The translations under genes and the position numbers were made by a program. The notes beneath the pieces are model-generated. The model was not told the DNA's origin and searched no databases. It saw only the letters and a program-made list of their open reading frames with translations. DNA of 27,632 bases from a virus (lineage: Duplodnaviria > Caudoviricetes): IMG/VR virus record IMGVR_UViG_3300038318_000481, positions 1 to 27,632 of that record; one strand, written 5' to 3'. Each line of letters begins with the position of its first letter. Position 1 is the first letter of the stretch. Shown in pieces: positions 19,482 through 27,402 of the stretch.

Positions 19482-19728
19482 AAAACAGGATGGCAGCAAA
19501 ACATACCAGGTATGTTCACGCTGCGCTGTGATGCGCATGAGAGAATCCGCCAGGGTGGTTTCAGCGATAACACAAACGGAGCCTTTCTACCATTACCGGT
19601 ACGAAAGCCGCTGGGTTTACTTTGATGGCCAAAGAAAAATATCTTTCCGGCCGGACTGCCCACCTATTGCTCCCAGGGAGTATAAGATGAACAATGTTGT
19701 AAATGTAATTGATGAGCATTATGTGTAA
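19453..19728 (+). CDS. Hypothetical protein (HxW...CxxC, possible Zn ribbon)
   Basis: 91-aa ORF in the early operon with HRW and CSRC. Confidence 0.55.
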   Translation: MNHMRHRWIEKQDGSKTYQVCSRCAVMRMRESARVVSAITQTEPFYHYRYESRWVYFDGQRKISFRPDCPPIAPREYKMNNVVNVIDEHYV

Positions 19729-19951
19729 GAGAATAGATATCAATGAAAAGAAACGGGATCAATTCAACCGTATGTATGAAGCGCTTGCAAACATTGCTCA
19801 CAATTATTACCCGGTCGTTTCCCTACGTATGATTTCAGAAGAAAAATACGGCCTGGATCCGGAAGAAGCAATCGAGATGGCATATGAAAACATGAGGACA
19901 GATGCTTCCAGGGCACTCAAAGGTGTAAAGCCATTTAATAAGAAAGACTGA
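19721..19951 (+). CDS. Hypothetical phage protein
   Basis: ATG 19721 overlaps the previous stop; its TGA overlaps the next ATG. Confidence 0.6.
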   Translation: MCKRIDINEKKRDQFNRMYEALANIAHNYYPVVSLRMISEEKYGLDPEEAIEMAYENMRTDASRALKGVKPFNKKD

Positions 19952-20313
19952 TGAAAACGATCAAGCAACAACAAAGACTGCAGTCACTCCGCAAACAGGA
20001 GCTGATCAGTCAGGCAGTGGAGTCTGGAGTAGTCGACAAGGTAAATAAGCTGTTATCGGCAATATACCTGCTTAATTCGCACGTAGCCGTACTTTACGGC
20101 GATGCCGAAGACATACTGAAAGAACAGGGCCTCGAACTGGGGGCAATAAAGTATAAAGGGGAGAAGGTTGGGCAAGCGCTGGATTCTTATTTCCGCACAT
20201 ACTCAAAGGAGATTGGATGGGAACAGACCGAGAACTGGGCCAACGATTACGAATACTTCAAGGACATGTTTAACCGGTTCGCAGGAATCAGTTCAGATGA
20301 ATTACAACAATGA
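19951..20313 (+). CDS. Hypothetical phage protein
   Basis: 120 aa, start/stop overlaps at both ends. Confidence 0.65.
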   Translation: MKTIKQQQRLQSLRKQELISQAVESGVVDKVNKLLSAIYLLNSHVAVLYGDAEDILKEQGLELGAIKYKGEKVGQALDSYFRTYSKEIGWEQTENWANDYEYFKDMFNRFAGISSDELQQ

Positions 20314-20501
20314 AGATACCGGATCCATTATACGGCATTGGTCAGCGTGTATATCACGTGACAAAAGAAAGTGATCAGGGAGTAGTCCTTAATTGCAGGT
20401 ACCTGCTCAGACAGGGATATTGGATTTATGTTGTGTCTTTCTCTCCCGGCAATGAGTGCGATTTATTCGAAGATGAAATCAGTAATTCAAAAATATATTA
20501 A
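20310..20501 (+). CDS. Small hypothetical protein (SH3/HspQ-YccV-like N-terminus)
   Basis: YGIGQRVYH...GVV pattern; ATGA overlap with the previous gene. Confidence 0.5.
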   Translation: MKIPDPLYGIGQRVYHVTKESDQGVVLNCRYLLRQGYWIYVVSFSPGNECDLFEDEISNSKIY

Positions 20502-20520
20502 AGGAAAAAATTAAGGAGTT

Positions 20521-20838
20521 ATGAAAACAGCAGAAGAAAAAGCGAAAAAGTATGCAGACAGTATAATTCAAGTCGTGGTTTCAGGAACAGGAGTAACGTT
20601 TACGGTCGATGATTTGAATGAGTTTGCGCAAAGGGATTATTTGGCAGGTTATAACGAATCCATGCGATGGAGAGACCCGGAGGTAGACCCGCCAACAAAT
20701 AAAGATGTTGTTTTGGTAAAAACTGACAATAATTGCTACGCAACAGCTTATTATCATGGAAAGGCAAGTGGATTTATCACTTATGGAGAAGATGCATACG
20801 TCGAGTTTGGAGAAATTATCGGTTGGAGACCGATTTAA
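20521..20838 (+). CDS. DUF551-like phage protein
   Basis: WRDPEVDPP...VLVK...IIGWRPI pattern. Confidence 0.6.
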   Translation: MKTAEEKAKKYADSIIQVVVSGTGVTFTVDDLNEFAQRDYLAGYNESMRWRDPEVDPPTNKDVVLVKTDNNCYATAYYHGKASGFITYGEDAYVEFGEIIGWRPI

Positions 20839-20854
20839 TAAAAACAATAAAGAA

Positions 20855-21073
20855 ATGAAAGACAATACTTGTATCCTACTCCAAATAATTCAAATCTTTT
20901 TGATTTCCATCGTCCTGGTATTAATTATAGTGTCTATAAGTAGGATTCACCCTGAAGAACATGAAACAATTAACCGGATATGCAATGAGGATGAAAAGAG
21001 GATGAAAAACGAGTTTGAAGAAGATCTTCAATTATATCCGGATAGACAATTCGAGTTACCATTAACAAGATAA
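20855..21073 (+). CDS. Small membrane protein (start moved to ATG 20855)
   Basis: A-rich leader; N-terminal TM helix ILLQIIQIFLISIVLVLIIVSI. Confidence 0.55.
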   Translation: MKDNTCILLQIIQIFLISIVLVLIIVSISRIHPEEHETINRICNEDEKRMKNEFEEDLQLYPDRQFELPLTR

Positions 21074-21090
21074 ACCTTTAAACAAATAAC

Positions 21091-21695
21091 GTTGAGCATA
21101 TACGAAGGCAGGGCTTTGAAACCCAAATGCTCGTTTACTTCCGAAAGTTTAATAGAAATACAAAAGCTGAAAGTTTGCACTTCTGCCCTGCTTTTGTATA
21201 TGCATTGTTGGCAGTAGTGCTTTTGTCAAACGAAACAAATAAAAAAAATGGATATCCCTTTTGAAGTAGCAAAACAATTTTGCGAAGATTATCAGAAAGA
21301 CCAATGTATTATACTTTCTTGGGACAAAGAAAGTGGCGAAACTTGGGTAACAACTTTTGGTGTAGGAGATGAAAATTCTATACAAGCCACCAATGCAGGG
21401 AAAATACTCAAAGACTATTTGAAACTGCAACGTGAAAATGATTGCATACCTACACGATTTGAAAAATGGGAAATAGAAAGTGTGGATAGATATTGGTATT
21501 GGTCAAGCCGAAACGGTAAAACCTATATTGAAATTACTTATTGGTTTGAGCCACACACTTTGCAGAGAAAGGAAACAAAGCGAAGTGTAGATAATCATTA
21601 TGGAGACCATTATTCACTGCCTGATTGGGCTAAGTCAATAACCGAAAATCGCAAAAGTCTGAATGATGAACGTGTCTGGTAGCATTACTGCCAAC
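21091..21695. mobile_element. Integron-like single gene cassette with split attC-like site
   Basis: Bounded by AAC (21088-90 and 21693-95). 19-bp inverted arms at 21096-21114 and 21185-21203. GTTGGCAGTAGTGCT (21207-21221) is a 14/15 inverted match to AGCATTACTGCCAAC (21681-21695), and the two bracket one ORF. Confidence 0.7.
21248..21682 (+). CDS. Cassette-borne hypothetical protein (144 aa)
   Basis: A-rich start; its TAG stop overlaps the right-hand cassette repeat. Confidence 0.75.
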   Translation: MDIPFEVAKQFCEDYQKDQCIILSWDKESGETWVTTFGVGDENSIQATNAGKILKDYLKLQRENDCIPTRFEKWEIESVDRYWYWSSRNGKTYIEITYWFEPHTLQRKETKRSVDNHYGDHYSLPDWAKSITENRKSLNDERVW

Positions 21696-21699
21696 AGCA

Positions 21700-21864
21700 A
21701 TGACATTCAACTATTACAGGGAGCTGGAAAAGGAAAGCCAACTCAGGAAACTTGAACCGGTACGCCGTAGAGCGTTCAAAAACCTGTCCATGATGCGCAA
21801 GTTGCGTATAAATGACCGAACGGAGATACTTGTACCAATAGATCACACCGATGAAACAGAATAA
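21700..21864 (+). CDS. Small hypothetical protein (54 aa, not in the ORF track)
   Basis: MTFNYYRELEKESQLRKLEPVRRRAFKNLSMMRKLRINDRTEILVPIDHTDETE; overlaps the next start. Confidence 0.5.
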   Translation: MTFNYYRELEKESQLRKLEPVRRRAFKNLSMMRKLRINDRTEILVPIDHTDETE

Positions 21865-22162
21865 GATCATTGTAGCGGTCCATCCCGATGAAGGGGAGCG
21901 TCGCCGGATCATCCAGCGCACGATGGTTCGCCTGGGTTTTGCATCCACACTGGGGGAAGCATCCAAGCTGATCCGACCAACGGTATTTGATTTCGATCTG
22001 GGGGATTCCTATTTTGTATGTGCCATGACCCACAACCTCAGGGACAGCCCAATAACAAGGCAGCGGCTTTATGAATTGGCCGCCAGGGGCATTGCCGTGG
22101 TGATAGGAGTAAAGCGTTTACAGGCAGAATATGAGTTCATCTGTGAGGCTGTATACGAGTAA
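21851..22162 (+). CDS. Hypothetical phage protein
   Basis: 103 aa; last gene of the early operon, followed by a terminator. Confidence 0.7.
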   Translation: MKQNKIIVAVHPDEGERRRIIQRTMVRLGFASTLGEASKLIRPTVFDFDLGDSYFVCAMTHNLRDSPITRQRLYELAARGIAVVIGVKRLQAEYEFICEAVYE

Positions 22163-22186
22163 TCGGGAACAGGATAATAACACGGG

Positions 22187-22220
22187 ACAAGCCTGCGCTG
22201 TAAGCGTGGGCTTGTTTATT
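22187..22220 (+). terminator. Intrinsic terminator of the early operon
   Basis: 13-bp stem ACAAGCCTGCGCT/AGCGTGGGCTTGT (two G-U pairs), GTA loop, TTATT tail. Confidence 0.7.
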
Positions 22221-22480
22221 ATTACATGAGCGCCACCGGCGCGAATTCCTTTAACTGAGTTTCTTTCGGATGGTTTTCCCTTTGCATCCTTTTTCCTGTT
22301 TTGATAAACAATAGAACTGAAGTACTGTGTAAAAAACATATGAGGTGGGGAAAGCGCCGATTGGCGAAGTTATACCATCGGCGGAAAATCGACTAAAAAT
22401 AAACACTACAGACATATATATACTCTTTTTTTTATAATACTTCTTTTATAAAAATGACTTATAGAAAATACAATAAAAAA

Positions 22481-22714
22481 AGTGTGCTTTCGTGCTAAAT
22501 GAAATTTTAAACAGTTAATAGGCTGATAATCAAAAAATAGTATCAGCACGAATTTAGCACGATTTAGCACGATTTAGCACGAACCAGCACAAAAATCAAA
22601 AAAGTGCTCGAAGTGCTTGAACAGTGCTTTTTAGTGCTGACATGATAATACGTTATTCTATTGATATTCATATATATAGTATATATTGCAAAATTAACAG
22701 CACGAAAGCACACT
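22481..22714. repeat. Putative replication origin: AGCAC/GTGCT iteron array within a perfect 16-bp inverted repeat
   Basis: AGTGTGCTTTCGTGCT (22481-96) and AGCACGAAAGCACACT (22699-714). AGCAC at 22545, 22556, 22566, 22576, 22586; GTGCT at 22604, 22613, 22624, 22634. Non-coding, AT-rich surroundings. Confidence 0.7.
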
Positions 22715-22860
22715 GAAAATAGTATGTTTTAGCCAAGGGGGGTTGTACAACAATTTATTTGTTGGATAACTTAGTAAAAAAGTGATTAAAACAGTTGCAA
22801 AATTGCGGGAATATTTGTAACTTAATAAAATTAAGTATCTAAATATAAACTGTTTAAAAA

Positions 22861-23316
22861 ATGGTTACTACAAAAATCAATATCAAACCACACCTCGCCG
22901 AATACATTCAGGGGAGATTCAACGAGTGTGAGAATTCACCGGTCAAACTACCACATGACAGTGATTTATATGTAGTGCTTTGGGACTTGATGGCAAGACG
23001 CCCCATAAATGCCAGAGGAGACGAGGGGAATCTTGAAATAGTTTTGCCCAGCAGATCCATCGGCAAACGTCCGGAAAGGTACAATTACCTATCTGCAAGG
23101 GCCCGCGATATATTTCAGAAAAAAATTGAAGAAATCATGTATGAGGAATTGTATCACCTGATGCGAGCAAATAAGAGGAGAGGCATCACCTACCTGGATA
23201 CCGTGTGTTATTTCATGCTCAGTTATGGAATTTCCGCAATTTCAGAAGATGCATTCATCAAGGGATATTACAGGCTGCGAAGAAATGAATACAATCGAAA
23301 AAAACACGTTAAATAA
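22861..23316 (+). CDS. Hypothetical protein, candidate late-gene regulator
   Basis: 151 aa, basic C-terminus, between the origin candidate and the structural genes. Function inferred from position only. Confidence 0.55.
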   Translation: MVTTKINIKPHLAEYIQGRFNECENSPVKLPHDSDLYVVLWDLMARRPINARGDEGNLEIVLPSRSIGKRPERYNYLSARARDIFQKKIEEIMYEELYHLMRANKRRGITYLDTVCYFMLSYGISAISEDAFIKGYYRLRRNEYNRKKHVK

Positions 23317-23422
23317 CGTTAAATTACTGTCAATCAAAGTGCCTGAAATGTCCATTTTATTACGCAAAAGATGCATTAAATTTACTAATGACTAATATAC
23401 AATAACTTACAAATAAAAAAAG

Positions 23423-23857
23423 ATGAATACAACAGACAGGATGGGCGGATTTATCCAGGCCCAAATTATTGACACCAGGGACATATCCGGATTCACTTCC
23501 ACCGGAGGCAAGGTTAAAATTACCCTGAAGCCGGGAAAATCATTTTTTGATGTTTCTGCAAAAAAAGAGGGAATTTCTCCCGTTGTATCCGTTTCAAATG
23601 AAAAATCGGGACAAATTTTTCAGATAGACCTCACGATTAATGTAAAAACACCCATCGCATTGAAAATGCTTCCATTCAACAAAATGATTGCTATCTGCAA
23701 AAATCCAATGGGAGAACAGTTCGTTTTCGGAACCCACGACTTTCCTCTAACCGGTTTTAAGTCTCCTGCATTCAGCGACCGTGCAGAGGGAGATACGGGA
23801 GAGATCCTCACATTTAGTGGAAAACAGCCAAATTATCCTTTAACATTAGACACATAA
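23423..23857 (+). CDS. Tail-tube-fold-like structural protein
   Basis: Shares an MGG start motif and the xxPxGxQ(F/Y)xxG(T/S)xxxP...G..xTF pattern with 26654-27322. Confidence 0.5.
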   Translation: MNTTDRMGGFIQAQIIDTRDISGFTSTGGKVKITLKPGKSFFDVSAKKEGISPVVSVSNEKSGQIFQIDLTINVKTPIALKMLPFNKMIAICKNPMGEQFVFGTHDFPLTGFKSPAFSDRAEGDTGEILTFSGKQPNYPLTLDT

Positions 23858-23903
23858 CCATTTGACAAGACTTGCTTTACCTGAATTAGCATTTATTATG
23901 TCT

Positions 23904-23942
23904 GGACTATCACCCTGTTTCCTCCCGGGGTGGTAGTCCTTT
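23904..23942 (+). terminator. Hairpin / possible terminator
   Basis: GGACTATCACCC (23904-15) pairs with GGGTGGTAGTCC (23928-39), followed by TTT. Confidence 0.45.
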
Positions 23943-24007
23943 ATTCAATAATACATTGCTTATAATTTTACATCACAATCAATTACCGGTACATTAAATT
24001 ATTGAGC

Positions 24008-24844
24008 ATGCTTCTACTACATAAAATACTCAACGGAGTGTGGATGATTGAAGAATCGTTCGCCCTTAACTACCTGCCATTGGTAACATCATTCCTTACC
24101 GATCCAAAACGACAGAGTTCACCGCGTGAACCTGAAAACTTTCTATCAATACACAATGGATCTGACAGCCGCAATATAATCAAAGAGCTCAGGGATGCAC
24201 CTAGCGGTTCCATCGCTGTCGTATCCATATCCGGTGCCATAACAAAGCACGATCAGGAATGCGGACCTGATGGCATGCAGAGCAAAGCGGCAATCATGAG
24301 AGAATGTTTCTCGCTTGACAACATAAAGGGAATGGTCCTCAAAATAGATAGTGGCGGGGGTGAAGGTACCGCCATGCGGTTGATGAGTGAAGCTATTTCA
24401 GATCGAAATAAACCGGTAGTTGCATTCATCGATGATTTTTCCTGTTCCGCCGCCTATGGTATAGCTTCCGGTTGTGATTATATTGTTGCCAACAGTGAAG
24501 TTGCCCAGGTGGGGAGTATAGGCACCTATCTAACCATTGCCGATTATGAAAAGTATTATGAGCAGAAAGGCATCCGGCTGGTTGAAATTTATGCATCACT
24601 TTCCAAGGATAAGAACAAGGATTATTTCGAAGCACTGAATGGCAACCTTGAACCACTTCGTAAGGTGGCAGATAAATTCAATGAAATGTTTATCTCATCC
24701 ATCGAAAAAAACAGGGATGGAAAACTGACGGCAAGCCGTGAAGTGTGGGGAACAGGCAAGGTATATTTTGCCGAAGAAGCCTTGAAGCTTGGACTTATTG
24801 ACGAGATTAATTCATTTAGTAACACCCTAAATATTATCGTATGA
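24008..24844 (+). CDS. S49 (SppA-like) head maturation protease
   Basis: IDSGGG, CSAAYGIAS, VGSIG, ALKLGLIDEI motifs. ATG 24008 preferred over TTG 24002. Precedes scaffold and capsid. Confidence 0.9.
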   Translation: MLLLHKILNGVWMIEESFALNYLPLVTSFLTDPKRQSSPREPENFLSIHNGSDSRNIIKELRDAPSGSIAVVSISGAITKHDQECGPDGMQSKAAIMRECFSLDNIKGMVLKIDSGGGEGTAMRLMSEAISDRNKPVVAFIDDFSCSAAYGIASGCDYIVANSEVAQVGSIGTYLTIADYEKYYEQKGIRLVEIYASLSKDKNKDYFEALNGNLEPLRKVADKFNEMFISSIEKNRDGKLTASREVWGTGKVYFAEEALKLGLIDEINSFSNTLNIIV

Positions 24845-25266
24845 AATTACTTAAAGACAATCAATTCGAAGAGCTGATGGCGCGTGCCAATGCTTTTTTG
24901 GCGATCGTTTCTGCAATGGTTGAATCCGGAGAGGATATCAAGGCGGAAGAGATCACATCCGACGTTGTTATCCAGGCATTGCAACAAGCTGCCGAAAATG
25001 GCGTTGCTGGCAGTGATGATCTGCAACAGGATCTTGATACAGCCAATGCCCGCATTACTGAACTGGAAGGCGAGATCACAACCGCCAACTCCCGTATTGC
25101 CGAGCTTGAAAAAGAGCTTGACGAAACTCCGGGTGCTGCACCCGCAACCATAACTTCGAAAGGGGAACCGAATGCTGAAAAGCAGGATATCCTGGACTTC
25201 GCAAAGAAAAACGCAGGGGATCCTTTCGCTGTTCTGGCGGAAGCGGAAAAGCAAGGATATTTGTAA
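24841..25266 (+). CDS. Putative capsid scaffolding protein
   Basis: Acidic, coiled-coil heptads (TANARITELE...TANSRIAELE), between protease and capsid. Confidence 0.65.
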   Translation: MKLLKDNQFEELMARANAFLAIVSAMVESGEDIKAEEITSDVVIQALQQAAENGVAGSDDLQQDLDTANARITELEGEITTANSRIAELEKELDETPGAAPATITSKGEPNAEKQDILDFAKKNAGDPFAVLAEAEKQGYL

Positions 25267-25286
25267 TAACTCAAAAAATACACATC

Positions 25287-26585
25287 ATGCCAAAAGTAAT
25301 CAATTTCGAATCTCTGACATCAGCCGCGAAACAGTGGGATCCAGTGCTTCGCACGCTGCCTTTCCGCACCCTTAACGAAACGGCCAAGCGCATGCGCCTG
25401 AACATCGTGAACGTTGAGAGCGGTGAGCACATCATCAAAAACAAACGCCGCAAGGCTGGTATCATTGCTCCTTACAGCGCCGGGCTTACGCTCAATCAGT
25501 CGAAGGAGTTGATGAAGTTCCTCGAAGCTTCACTGAAGCCTGAGATCGTGTTCGCCTACGTGCCGGACAACGTAACCAACTATGAGGATATCAACATCAT
25601 CAGCAACCAGGGTAACCCGGTTGACAATAAATCGAAGAAACACCCGCTGGAGTACCTTATCCTGAAAGATATTGTTACTAGCTTCAGCGAAGATGTTGCT
25701 TTTAACCTGTTCAGCGCCCAGCGCGATGAAGAAGTTCTCTCCCCTGCCACATCATTCAACGGATTCAACTACAAGTTGAGCGTTTTAAAGACTGCTGCGG
25801 AGATTTCGATCACCAATAAGAACCTGGTTGAGTCAGGGAAATTCGGGCAGGGTACTGCACAGAATCCGGTCGACGACTATCAGAAATTGGTGGACTGGCT
25901 GAGAAAAGCCAATTTCTTCCTACGTCAGGGTGAAGTGATCCTCTATTGTTCTGAACACGTGATGAATAGTGTACGCAAGTCATATAAGACCCGCGTGGCT
26001 GCTCATACTGATCCAACCTTTGCCGATACAGTAAAACTGCTGCGTGACGATGCAAACATGCCAGCCCTTCAGATTATAACCGAACCTGAGTTTGGAACCG
26101 GCAGCCAGCTGATGCTGATCAAGCCGGGACTGCTTGACATTGGTACCCGCAATATCACGGATGGTAACTTCATTTCCGTTCGAAACATCGAACGTGACCC
26201 GAACGAAGTACAATTCTGGGTACAGGCTGCTTATGACACCCGTATCATAGATATCCACCCGAAAGTTTTCATGGTGAATGAAGAGATCAACTCATTGATT
26301 GATCTGGCCGGTGATTACAAGGATCCTGTTTCTGTTACAGGTGTAACACTAGATAAAGAGACAGCCAGTGTTGTCGTTGGAGCTACCACTCCTTTAGTTG
26401 CCACCGTTGCTCCAGAGGATGCAACCAATAAGGCTGTAACCTGGTCTTCCGGTACACCAGCTGTAGCTACGGTTTCAGCCGATGGTACCGTAACCGGTGT
26501 TTCAGCCGGTGAGGCAGTGATCACAGTTACAACTACAGATGGAAGCAAAACTGACACTTGTACCGTAACAGTGACTGCTGAGTAA
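25287..26585 (+). CDS. Major capsid protein with C-terminal Ig-like (Big_2) domain
   Basis: Follows protease and scaffold; about 345-aa capsid-sized body. Big_2 consensus VTGVTLDK...LVATVAPEDATNKAVTWSS..PAVATVS.DGTVTGVSAGEAVITVTT from 26328. Confidence 0.75.
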   Translation: MPKVINFESLTSAAKQWDPVLRTLPFRTLNETAKRMRLNIVNVESGEHIIKNKRRKAGIIAPYSAGLTLNQSKELMKFLEASLKPEIVFAYVPDNVTNYEDINIISNQGNPVDNKSKKHPLEYLILKDIVTSFSEDVAFNLFSAQRDEEVLSPATSFNGFNYKLSVLKTAAEISITNKNLVESGKFGQGTAQNPVDDYQKLVDWLRKANFFLRQGEVILYCSEHVMNSVRKSYKTRVAAHTDPTFADTVKLLRDDANMPALQIITEPEFGTGSQLMLIKPGLLDIGTRNITDGNFISVRNIERDPNEVQFWVQAAYDTRIIDIHPKVFMVNEEINSLIDLAGDYKDPVSVTGVTLDKETASVVVGATTPLVATVAPEDATNKAVTWSSGTPAVATVSADGTVTGVSAGEAVITVTTTDGSKTDTCTVTVTAE

Positions 26586-26593
26586 CTGAATAA

Positions 26594-26623
26594 ATAAGGA
26601 GCGGCTTCCGGGCCGCACCTTAT
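26594..26623 (+). terminator. Hairpin after the capsid gene (terminator or mRNA stabiliser)
   Basis: ATAAGG-A-GCGGC-TTCCGG-GCCGC-A-CCTTAT. Confidence 0.55.
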
Positions 26624-26653
26624 AAATTTTAAACAATAAAAAATCATTCAAAG

Positions 26654-27322
26654 ATGAAAAAATATTTACAAAAGTTCGCGGGACTTATCATTCTGGTTAT
26701 TGTCAGCATTGTAATAGCCCAGATCAACATTGAATCAGGTATGGCATTGGCCATGGCTCTCCCGGTTGGTTTCGGCCCGCTTAAATGGGAGTGTGGTTCG
26801 GAAAATATGGGCGGATACAAGAATAGGCTATTGTTTATACCTGCATGCCTAGTTTCTGATGTACCGGCACTTCCAGATGTAATTACAGATGCTTCAGACC
26901 TTGTTACTGCAGCCGGTGCATTTACATTCAAGGAAACTACAGACACACCAATATTTATATATGCAACTGACAAAACGGTTCAATTGCAGGCAGAAAATCA
27001 GGGAGAAACAGATGGACAGTCTTTCCGCCAGTTTGGCGAGTTCATGCATCCGGGATCCCAGGTTGAAGCTGCTGCATTTGCCCGTGAGGTTAACAATACC
27101 CCAGGTTACATCATACTTGAGGATCCCAACGGTATACAGTACATGGTGGGTTCCAAAGGATTGCCATGTACAATAAAGCCTAGTTTTACAGGTGGCGCAG
27201 CACGTACTGACCGAAAGGGTTTCCTGTTCACATTTGAGGCCGATTCATTCTGCCCGTTCGTCGTGTTAGGAACTCCAATCGATATGGATGCTTTGGAAAA
27301 CCCGGCTCCTGTTGGACCCTAA
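26654..27322 (+). CDS. Putative major tail tube protein with N-terminal hydrophobic leader
   Basis: Beta-rich body (ENMGG, ENQGETDGQSF, EDPNG..YMVGS..LP, FTFEAD) directly after the capsid gene. First 35 aa are signal-peptide-like. Confidence 0.55.
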   Translation: MKKYLQKFAGLIILVIVSIVIAQINIESGMALAMALPVGFGPLKWECGSENMGGYKNRLLFIPACLVSDVPALPDVITDASDLVTAAGAFTFKETTDTPIFIYATDKTVQLQAENQGETDGQSFRQFGEFMHPGSQVEAAAFAREVNNTPGYIILEDPNGIQYMVGSKGLPCTIKPSFTGGAARTDRKGFLFTFEADSFCPFVVLGTPIDMDALENPAPVGP

Positions 27323-27335
27323 TCTATTATTCTGC

Positions 27336-27377
27336 TCAGAGGCGGGCGATATTAATTATCGTTCCGCTTCTGATTTT
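27336..27377 (+). terminator. Intrinsic terminator
   Basis: TCAGAGGCGGGCGATA/TATCGTTCCGCTTCTGA stem followed by TTTT. Confidence 0.65.
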
Positions 27378-27402
27378 GTGTTCATTTGAAACTATTACCG
27401 TT

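Noticed and set aside
21149-21430. Antisense 93-aa ORF as the real cassette gene
   Set aside because: It overlaps the better 144-aa plus-strand ORF, runs into the hairpin, and has no protein-like features.
22545-22640. CRISPR or mini-array
   Set aside because: Units are about 10 bp with no unique spacers, and no cas genes are present.
25039-25110. Imperfect 42-bp tandem repeat in the scaffold gene
   Set aside because: Explained by ordinary coiled-coil heptad duplication.
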